This document shows, piece by piece, positions 57,467-64,000 of a stretch of 64,000 nt of DNA (positions are counted from its first letter, which is position 1; each line of letters begins with the position of its first letter). The position numbers and the translations under genes are program-made. Source of the DNA: Bacilli bacterium (lineage in GTDB: Bacteria > Bacillota_I > Bacilli_A > RFN20 > CAG-449); assembly GCA_900755065.1 (NCBI GenBank), contig CAAEFC010000030.1:5359-69358 (forward strand). The letters are read 5' to 3'. The notes below the pieces were generated by a model, which did not search any database, was not told the DNA's origin, and saw only the letters and a list, made by a program, of their open reading frames with translations.

Positions 57467-57522
57467 CATTTTTTCTTTGTCTGAGATGGTCGTTTGGACC
57501 CTTTTTTATTTTTTGGAGGAAA

Positions 57523-58032
57523 ATGATGAGAAACAAGAATGTAATCCGACTGACTTTTTCCGCGATGATCGCGGCCGTCTACTTTATCCTGTGCTTTTTC
57601 GAGCAGAGTTTCGCTTCCGGCGCGGTGCAATGCCGCCTTTCGGAAGGATTCACTTTGCTGCCTTTGTTTTTTCCGGAAGCGATTCTCGGCATCACTGTCG
57701 GCTGTCTGATTTTCAACTGCACGACCGGGATCGTCTGGGATATGGTTTTCGGCACGCTTTGCACGCTTGTCGCGGGAATCTGCACGTATTTCATCGGGCG
57801 GTTCGTCCGGAAAGACGCGCTTCGGATTTTTTTAGGCGGAATCCCGCCGATCCTGATCAACGCGGCGGTGATCCCGCTTGTGTTAATCAACGGCTATCAG
57901 TTGAGCGATGCGTACCTGTATCTGTTCGCGACGGTCGGCGCGGGCGAAGCCATCGCGGTTTATGTTTTCGGCGCAATCGTCTATTTTCCGCTGAAAGCGC
58001 TGTTTGAAAAGTACCGCCTGATCGAAGCGTAA
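57523..58032 (+). CDS. queT: QueT-family queuosine-precursor transporter (ECF S-component-like)
   Basis: 169 aa, about 5 TM spans. N-terminus RLTFSAMIAAVYFILCF...RLSEGFTLLP is typical of QueT (COG4708). Confidence 0.75.
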   Translation: MMRNKNVIRLTFSAMIAAVYFILCFFEQSFASGAVQCRLSEGFTLLPLFFPEAILGITVGCLIFNCTTGIVWDMVFGTLCTLVAGICTYFIGRFVRKDALRIFLGGIPPILINAAVIPLVLINGYQLSDAYLYLFATVGAGEAIAVYVFGAIVYFPLKALFEKYRLIEA

Positions 58033-58036
58033 AGGC

Positions 58037-59200
58037 TTATTTGTTGAAGATGATCTTTTCGTTGTTGAACATTTTCGTGAGCAGATAAAGCGCCAGCCCG
58101 ATATAGGCGATATTGGAGACAACGGTGATCAGAATGAGAAGCGGCTCGTAGTTCATCGAGAACAGACCGGTCAGAGACAGCGAGATGTTGTAAATCGGAA
58201 TGAAGTACAGCGCCGGATTCGACGACGGCGACGAAATCATGAAATTGGACATAGCCAGGAACATGATCAGAATCATCACGACGGACGAGTAAGAGGTCGC
58301 TTCTTTGACGCTTTTCGCCAACGTGGAAACGATCGTCAGAATCGATGTGAACAGAAGCACGGTGACGACGATGAGCACCAAAAGCAGGACGAATGCGGTG
58401 ATATCGTAGGCTTCGAGGCTGAACGAAATGCCCGTCAGCGCCGGAAGCGAAAGCAGAATTCCGATGAAACTGACCGCCGAAGATAAAAGGCCGGTGATGC
58501 CGAGGCTGATGATTTTTCCCAGAACGATATGGCTCCGTTTGGTCGGCGTGATGAGTAAAGTCGCAATGGTTCCCCTTTCCTTTTCGCCGGCGATGGATTC
58601 GGTCGAGATCGACATGCAGCCGGTGTAGAGAAAAATCAGCAGGACGAACGGAAGCATCATCGAGAAAATGTAGACCGTCGTGTCCTGCGCGTCGGCCGTA
58701 TCGAACGCGATTTCCGGATCGCGGTTGATGTCGAATTTGTTGGAAAGCGAATTTTCAAACTGATCGAGACAGGAAACGTAATACTCGTAGAGAAATAAAG
58801 AAGACTCGTTCGTCGAGTTGTAGTAGATGCGGATTTCCGGCGCAGGGGACGTTCCCGGCCGATACGCGTCGATTTTATTCATGAAGTCTTCTTCGTAGAC
58901 GATGTAGAGATCGACCTCTTTGCTTTTGATCTTTTCGATGATCCGGTCTTCGTCCAGCGTTTCTTCGTTCAACGCGACTTCCCATTCCGGAACTTCCAGC
59001 AGAACGCCCAGTTCTTCGGGGACGTTCGCCGCATAGACGGTAAAGGAATCGTAGGTCGGCGTGGTCGCCTTGTTCATGACGTTTCCCATCACGGAATAAA
59101 TGCAGAAGATCAGAATGCCGGGAAGAAACAATCCGGCGAGCATGCGCTTGTCGGTAAAAAAGCGTTTCAGTTCTTTTTTGATGATGATCAGACTTTTCAT
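58037..59200 (-). CDS. ABC-2-type transporter permease (NatB-like)
   Basis: 387 aa. One N-terminal TM, a large extracytoplasmic loop, then 5 C-terminal TM spans. Contiguous with the upstream ATPase gene. Confidence 0.75.
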   Translation of the reverse strand: MKSLIIIKKELKRFFTDKRMLAGLFLPGILIFCIYSVMGNVMNKATTPTYDSFTVYAANVPEELGVLLEVPEWEVALNEETLDEDRIIEKIKSKEVDLYIVYEEDFMNKIDAYRPGTSPAPEIRIYYNSTNESSLFLYEYYVSCLDQFENSLSNKFDINRDPEIAFDTADAQDTTVYIFSMMLPFVLLIFLYTGCMSISTESIAGEKERGTIATLLITPTKRSHIVLGKIISLGITGLLSSAVSFIGILLSLPALTGISFSLEAYDITAFVLLLVLIVVTVLLFTSILTIVSTLAKSVKEATSYSSVVMILIMFLAMSNFMISSPSSNPALYFIPIYNISLSLTGLFSMNYEPLLILITVVSNIAYIGLALYLLTKMFNNEKIIFNK

Positions 59201-59971
59201 TTATCGTTCCTCCCGTTGATTGTACAGGTCGAAGAAAACTTCTTCCAGACTCTTTTCTTCGATCAGGCGGACGAGCAGATCGTCTTTGACCATTTTTCCG
59301 TCGAAGATGATGCCGACGCGGTCGCAGACCCTTTCCACCAGAGAAAAGATGTGCGTCGAAAGGATCACGGTTTTTCCTTCTTTTTTCAGATCGAGAAGAA
59401 AATCGATGACCGTCTTCGCGGTGAGAATGTCCAAACCGTTGGTCGGCTCGTCGAAAATGATGATCTTCGGATCGTGAATAATCGAGATCACGATCGAAAC
59501 TTTTTGCTTCATTCCGGTCGAAAGATCGCCGATCCGGACTTCCTGAAACTGATCGATTCCGAATTTTTCAAAGAGATATTTCTTTCGCTTTTCTCTTTCT
59601 TCGTCGGAAAGATGATGAAGGCCGGCGAAGTAATCGAAGAGATAGTTCGGGGTAAAAAAATCTTCCAGTTTCAGTTCGCTCGTGAGAAATCCGATCTTTT
59701 TCCGGACTTCTTCGGCATCTTTTTTTACGGAAGATCCGTCGACGAAAACGTCGCCCTCGTCCGCCTTGATCAGGGTGGAAATAATCCGGAGCGTCGTGGT
59801 TTTTCCCGCGCCGTTCGGCCCTAAAAGCCCGTATACTTCGCCGCTTCGGACGGTAAACGAGAGATCGTTCACCGCGACTTTCGTCGCCTCGCGGGTCTTC
59901 GCGATCTTCTGTTGCTTTCGCGACAGGCGGAACGTCTTCTTCAAATGACTGACTACCAATAGTTCTTCCAT
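59201..59971 (-). CDS. ABC transporter ATP-binding protein (NatA-like)
   Basis: Walker A GPNGAGKTT, signature LSTGMKQK, Walker B IIIFDEPTNGLD. AGGAG RBS before ATG 59971. Confidence 0.9.
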   Translation of the reverse strand: MEELLVVSHLKKTFRLSRKQQKIAKTREATKVAVNDLSFTVRSGEVYGLLGPNGAGKTTTLRIISTLIKADEGDVFVDGSSVKKDAEEVRKKIGFLTSELKLEDFFTPNYLFDYFAGLHHLSDEEREKRKKYLFEKFGIDQFQEVRIGDLSTGMKQKVSIVISIIHDPKIIIFDEPTNGLDILTAKTVIDFLLDLKKEGKTVILSTHIFSLVERVCDRVGIIFDGKMVKDDLLVRLIEEKSLEEVFFDLYNQREER

Positions 59972-60129
59972 AGTTTCTCCTTCAAACATTCCCATTCTAT
60001 CACAGCGAAGCCGGGAATAAAAGCGATTCGGCAGGAAGAAAAGTCAGACAGAATCGAAAGAAATCCGAATTTATGGTGAACCGGAAAAAAGATTGTGTTA
60101 CTATGGAAAAAACGAAAGGAGGAATCGCG

Positions 60130-61002
60130 ATGAAAGAAATCGAAAATCGCACTTTTTCTGAGGAACGCGCGCTTTACCGCGCAAAAGATCTGCGTTTAAA
60201 AAACTGCCGCTTCGCCGGCGAGGAAGACGGAGAATCGGCGCTGAAAGAAACGGAAAACATCGAACTGATCTCCTGCTTTCTGGATTTACGCTATCCGCTT
60301 TGGCACGGAAAGAATCTGTGGATCGTCGATTCCCAGATGACTTCTTCCTGCCGGGCGGCCTTATGGTATTCTTCTCGGATTTCCATCGAAGACTGTCGGA
60401 TGAACGGCATCAAGGCCCTCCGGGAATGCGAAGAGATCGAAATGAAAGGGACCTCCGTCGTTTCGCCCGAGTTCGGCTGGAAAAGCCGGAACATCGTCGG
60501 GAACGATCTTTCGATCGAGAGCGAGTACCTGTTTTTTGAAGCGCGGAATCTTCGTCTGAACGGCTTGAAATTCAAAGGGAAATATTCCTTTCAGTATGTG
60601 AAAGACGTCGAAATCGCCGACAGCGAACTGGATACGAAAGACGCGTTCTGGCACGCGGAAAACGTCGTGATCCGCAATTCGACGGTCAAAGGCGAATATC
60701 TGGCCTGGTATTCCGAAAACGTGACGTTCATCGATTGCACGATCATCGGAACGCAACCGCTGTGCTATTGCAAAAAACTGACGCTGATCCGTTGCCGTTG
60801 CGTCAGTTGCGATCTCGCGTTCGAGTACTCCGACATAGACGCGGATCTGATCGGCAGCATCGATTCGATCAAGAATCCCCGCTCGGGAACGATCGCCGTC
60901 GACGAAGCGAAAGAATTGATTTATACGTCAGACAGCGTTTATCCTCCTCTCGGAAAGGTGATTCAGCGAAAAGAGACGCTCAGTTCGGAAGAACGGCGTT
61001 GA
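60130..61002 (+). CDS. DUF3737-family protein (predicted right-handed beta-helix)
   Basis: FSEERALYRAKDLRLKNCRFAGEEDGESALKE... with repeated about 22-aa N/C/I-rich turns. AAAGGAGG RBS before ATG 60130. Confidence 0.65.
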   Translation: MKEIENRTFSEERALYRAKDLRLKNCRFAGEEDGESALKETENIELISCFLDLRYPLWHGKNLWIVDSQMTSSCRAALWYSSRISIEDCRMNGIKALRECEEIEMKGTSVVSPEFGWKSRNIVGNDLSIESEYLFFEARNLRLNGLKFKGKYSFQYVKDVEIADSELDTKDAFWHAENVVIRNSTVKGEYLAWYSENVTFIDCTIIGTQPLCYCKKLTLIRCRCVSCDLAFEYSDIDADLIGSIDSIKNPRSGTIAVDEAKELIYTSDSVYPPLGKVIQRKETLSSEERR

Positions 61003-61267
61003 CTAAATCTTCGTGCGCGTCCGTGAAGGCTTGAACCGTCATTCGCTTTCCGTCGTAAATCACGCTGTCGCAGGTGATGAATCCGTTTTTCGCCGCGAGA
61101 ATGAGCCGATGATGAAACACCGACTGAATGCCGCCGTAGGGAAGGTATTGCATCGTGATCGGTCCGTCGTAAAAATAGACGTTTTCGAGGATCAGCGTTT
61201 TTCTTAAATAGGTCGTAACGATATTCATTCCGGGAACGACGGGATTTTGAAAATCAAAGAGAACCAT
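60980..61267 (-). CDS. Hypothetical 95-aa protein
   Basis: AAGGAA RBS inside the end of the upstream gene. Its 3' end overlaps the convergent DUF3737 gene by 23 nt. No motif recognised. Confidence 0.3.
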   Translation of the reverse strand: MVLFDFQNPVVPGMNIVTTYLRKTLILENVYFYDGPITMQYLPYGGIQSVFHHRLILAAKNGFITCDSVIYDGKRMTVQAFTDAHEDLVNAVLPN

Positions 61268-63011
61268 CGGCGTTTTCCTTTCTTTTTTTCGATCGGTCGC
61301 CTTTTTTCAACGATTTCATTGCCGTCATCAGAATGAAAACAGAGGAAAAGGCTATAACCAGAACGGCGGTGATTTCGCTTGTAAACGACAGCATATTGTA
61401 GATCATCAGGATAGCGAACAGGACGAGAAGCACCATTCGGTTACTGACGGAGAAGCGGAATTTCAGACGCTCGACGAGAAGAAGCGCGAAAAGAACGAGG
61501 AAATAAGGAATAAAGAGAATGCAGAGAATCGATACGGAAGAGCGGTAAAAGGAGACGGCGGACAGGATCACGGCGCCGAGCGAAACGAGGCATTCGGAAA
61601 GATGAAGAATTCGTAGCGCCCGATAGGAGTCGTTTCTGTCCGTGCACAGACGCCAAATCAAAAGGATCGTCGGAACGATAGCGAGGATCACACAGGCGAC
61701 GACAAACACGATTAAACCGATCAGAAGGACCCAAAGAATCCAATAGGAAGCGTTTTGGACAATTTTCGGTCGAGAAACTTCGCAAAGGCTGAACCGGAGT
61801 TCCGTTTCCGGAAGCGTATCGCAATGGGCGGAATAGCCCGTTCCGTCTTCATTTTGCTCAAAACGCAGCGTAGAATCGCTGATGTAGAAATCCGTGTAAA
61901 TCGCAATATCGAGGTTTTGGAAATCCGCCCAGGATTTCGCCGGAGAAAGAAGATAGGTGTATTCGTATTTCGCCGGTTCGTACCGGTCGTTAATGGAAGG
62001 GTACAACGGCGCAAAAACCGTATTCGTCGCACTTTCTCCCGGCCTGAGTTTCAACCGGTAATCGTACCAGCGAAGCAACCGATCGTCTTTGGCAAGATCA
62101 AATTCGCTTTCGTCCAGAGAGATGATGCGGCCGTTTCGGTTAGGATCATCGGCGAGCCGATCGTAAAACGCATTGTTCCAATCGAGCCGGCTGATCGGCG
62201 TGTTTTCGTCGTAATATTTGAAAATCAGATCGTCGAAAAGCATTTCCTCTTTGGAAATCAGGGAAAGCCTTCCGTCAAGAGGTAAATGAGAGTCGGAAGA
62301 TTCGTAAAACGATGCCGATTCGATGAAATCCGGATCGTCTTCGCCGACGAAATAAAAGTCATAAATCTTGTTTCTTTCCACCGGAAAGGAGACCGTATTG
62401 CCGTTGATCGAACAACGATCCGGAGCGATCAATCCCTTTGAAGTCAAAAAAGACGCGCGGACGGGAATACCTTCCTTTCCCGGATCGAAAAGCGCTTCGA
62501 CCCGATAGTGGAAAACGTCTGCGTTTTTACGGAAAAACGCGTCTTCGATCATTTCGTCGCGGATCTTGCTCATATCCCGATCGAGATCAAAAACATAGGA
62601 AGAAGAATAGGTGTGCCGGAGTTCTTTTTCGACGACTTCGCCGTTTACGAGGACATCGAAATCGGAAAGGTCGTCAAGACCGTCCGAATACTCGGGCGCC
62701 GCGCCGAAAGGAAAGACCAGTTCGGCATCGATGTCCAGATCAGTCGGATTGTAAAAAGTGTATTCGGCGGAAAGATAGGCGCCTCCTGAGGGCTGATCGG
62801 GAAGAACGGGGAAAGACGAAACGTAAAAATTCAGTTTTTCTCCCTTCACTTCCAGCGGACAGTTTTCGCTTTTTGAAACGACGCCGTTGCTATCGGTTCC
62901 AAGCGTCACTCTTGACGCCGAATTCGCGGAAACGACTTCCGGAGAACGGAAAGAAAACGAAAAGCATAGGGAGAAAAGAAAAGTCAGAATCGCAGCGCTT
63001 TTTTTCTTCAT
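61254..63011 (-). CDS. Signal-peptide protein with DUF4424-like ectodomain and C-terminal multi-TM region
   Basis: The N-terminus after the signal peptide (ANSASRV...LSAEYTFYNPTDLDIDAELVFPFG) resembles the DUF4424 signature (ANDS...YxFxNxxDxDxxxxVAFPLP). There are 5-6 TM spans in the last roughly 190 aa. Start ATG 63011 lies behind GAGGTG. Confidence 0.4.
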   Translation of the reverse strand: MKKKSAAILTFLFSLCFSFSFRSPEVVSANSASRVTLGTDSNGVVSKSENCPLEVKGEKLNFYVSSFPVLPDQPSGGAYLSAEYTFYNPTDLDIDAELVFPFGAAPEYSDGLDDLSDFDVLVNGEVVEKELRHTYSSSYVFDLDRDMSKIRDEMIEDAFFRKNADVFHYRVEALFDPGKEGIPVRASFLTSKGLIAPDRCSINGNTVSFPVERNKIYDFYFVGEDDPDFIESASFYESSDSHLPLDGRLSLISKEEMLFDDLIFKYYDENTPISRLDWNNAFYDRLADDPNRNGRIISLDESEFDLAKDDRLLRWYDYRLKLRPGESATNTVFAPLYPSINDRYEPAKYEYTYLLSPAKSWADFQNLDIAIYTDFYISDSTLRFEQNEDGTGYSAHCDTLPETELRFSLCEVSRPKIVQNASYWILWVLLIGLIVFVVACVILAIVPTILLIWRLCTDRNDSYRALRILHLSECLVSLGAVILSAVSFYRSSVSILCILFIPYFLVLFALLLVERLKFRFSVSNRMVLLVLFAILMIYNMLSFTSEITAVLVIAFSSVFILMTAMKSLKKGDRSKKRKENADGSL

Positions 63012-63167
63012 CGTCTTCACCTCAGAAATCCGCTCTCACGAGATAAGAGTATAGTACCACAGAATAAAAGAAAGGCAAAGCAAAACAGAAGCGAGTAGGG
63101 CGCACCCTTTATCGGAAACCGCGAAAAGAAAATTCTCCGCACGTGGGTTTTCATCGCGAAAAGCCGG

Positions 63168-63902
63168 TCATCTGAGATAAGTCAGGCTTTCTCCGATCTG
63201 AGCGAGCGTTCCGGTGGAATCGTTTTCCCATACGTAAATCCGGGCGTTTCCTTTGGAAACGGATTCGGCGGTTAACGTTGAGGAAGTCACGGAAACTCTT
63301 CTTCCGGAAACGACGTCGACATAGGTACCGTTCGGAATTCCTTTGAATGTAGCGCCTCCGGAAACGCTGACGCAGGCAAGGGAATCGATGTTTCCTTCGG
63401 TGTAACGTCGGATATACGCCATGTTCCCGGATACATTCTCGGTGGTGTACTGTCCTCTTCTTAACGCCGGGACGGCCAGACGGATCCGGTTTAGTTTTTG
63501 CAAATGTCGGGAAAGCGTCGCGTTCAAGGTCTCCCGGATCGTTCCGTTCGCCGTGAACAGTCCGAAATCGGTCGCCGAGACTTCGCCGGCAAGGTGATCC
63601 CCATAGTAGGCTCTCCCTGTTTCGGAAAGCACCGTGTTCGTGCCGTTATCGATGACTTTTCCGGCCTGAAATTCGATTTCGCTTCCGTAATAGAGGCAAG
63701 GTACGCCGCGGAAGGTGAACATCAGCGACAGGTTTTCCGCCCAGGCGTCGGTACCCTGATTGTACCGGACGGTCTGTATTTCGTCCGGCGAATAATCGTG
63801 CGAATCGACGTAGACGACGTTGTAAGTGGCGTCTTCGTAATAACGGTCGTTGTTCTTCGCGACGTTGAAAGCGTTCCGGGCTTCGAGAAAATTCCAGTGC
63901 AT
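63168..63902 (-). CDS. GH13 alpha-amylase-family protein, C-terminal part (incomplete at window edge)
   Basis: GH13 region IV YVDSHD, then RGVPCLYYGSE and a beta-sandwich C-domain. The reading frame stays open upstream to 63992, where an in-frame TAG (63993-63995) occurs 5 nt from the window end. Confidence 0.6.
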   Translation of the reverse strand: MHWNFLEARNAFNVAKNNDRYYEDATYNVVYVDSHDYSPDEIQTVRYNQGTDAWAENLSLMFTFRGVPCLYYGSEIEFQAGKVIDNGTNTVLSETGRAYYGDHLAGEVSATDFGLFTANGTIRETLNATLSRHLQKLNRIRLAVPALRRGQYTTENVSGNMAYIRRYTEGNIDSLACVSVSGGATFKGIPNGTYVDVVSGRRVSVTSSTLTAESVSKGNARIYVWENDSTGTLAQIGESLTYLR

Positions 63903-64000
63903 CGGGAAATCGATGACGCCGGCGCCGCTGGCGAGGCGGTGATCCGGCGCATGATAGGCGACGCCGTCGAGGAAAGAGTTGGTCGAAGTCGGCTACCCGA

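Noticed and set aside
57488-57515. Intrinsic terminator as the expression platform of the preQ1-like element
   Set aside because: Only a 4-bp GGUC/GACC stem precedes the U-run, which is too weak to call a terminator with confidence.
63903-63995. In-frame TAG 5 nt from the window end, upstream of the GH13 fragment, which could indicate a pseudogene
   Set aside because: It is too close to the window edge to tell a true disruption from a frame change, an assembly end, or a domain boundary in another frame. It is flagged in the feature evidence only.
1-64000. CRISPR arrays, rRNA genes, IS transposases, integrases and prophage structural genes
   Set aside because: No regularly spaced repeats, no rRNA-like sequence and no DDE, serine or tyrosine recombinase motifs were seen in any frame.

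Overview
Chromosomal segment of about 50% GC from a spore-forming Firmicute. Sporulation markers are spoIVA, cotJ, dacB-spmA-spmB and YjcZ-like tiny peptides. The lipoprotein and glycolipid genes suggest an Erysipelotrichia/Clostridia-like lineage, but that is only an inference. Most of the window is core housekeeping. It starts with a flippase-like protein and a GT4 glycosyltransferase, then recX-yhaM, a HIT protein and two large lipoproteins. An almost gap-free 9-gene string follows: sufCDSUB-mnmG-rsmG-parA-parB. After that come dacB/spmA/spmB, tldD-pmbA, an N-terminally short trigger-factor paralog, rluB, spoIVA-hup-cotJ, and a glutamine-dependent NAD synthetase. Further on are a tRNA Ser-Asp-Gly cluster, a serpin, ung, an ECF sigma/anti-sigma pair and two ABC systems. 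The window ends with a Fur-type regulator plus metal permease, queT behind a preQ1-I-like riboswitch, DUF3737, and a partial GH13 amylase at the edge. Three visibly AT-rich accessory patches interrupt this backbone. (i) 17.5-19.0 kb, right after parB, holds decayed AlbA_2 and DUF262 (GmrSD-like) fragments plus an XRE regulator. (ii) 27.06-27.96 kb is a ~0.9 kb cassette with a nucleotidyltransferase-fold gene that appears to have landed in the loop of an ancestral bidirectional terminator. (iii) 36.96-39.4 kb, right after tRNA-Gly, carries a class-II Fic gene. The best candidate for an undescribed system is a tightly coupled four-gene operon at 49125-51478: two paralogous beta-rich DUF2589-like proteins and two proteins with no recognisable domain. 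It lies downstream of a membrane protein that is divergent from the ECF sigma/anti-sigma pair. Other oddities are a Phd/YefM-like domain fused to NadE, a ProRS-derived protein without a catalytic core, a CotJA-CotJB fusion, two unannotated 34-aa Cys-flanked tiny membrane peptides, and spmA/spmB split by three genes. No CRISPR array, rRNA gene or recognisable transposase/integrase was found. All functional calls rest on motif recognition by eye, since no database search was possible.
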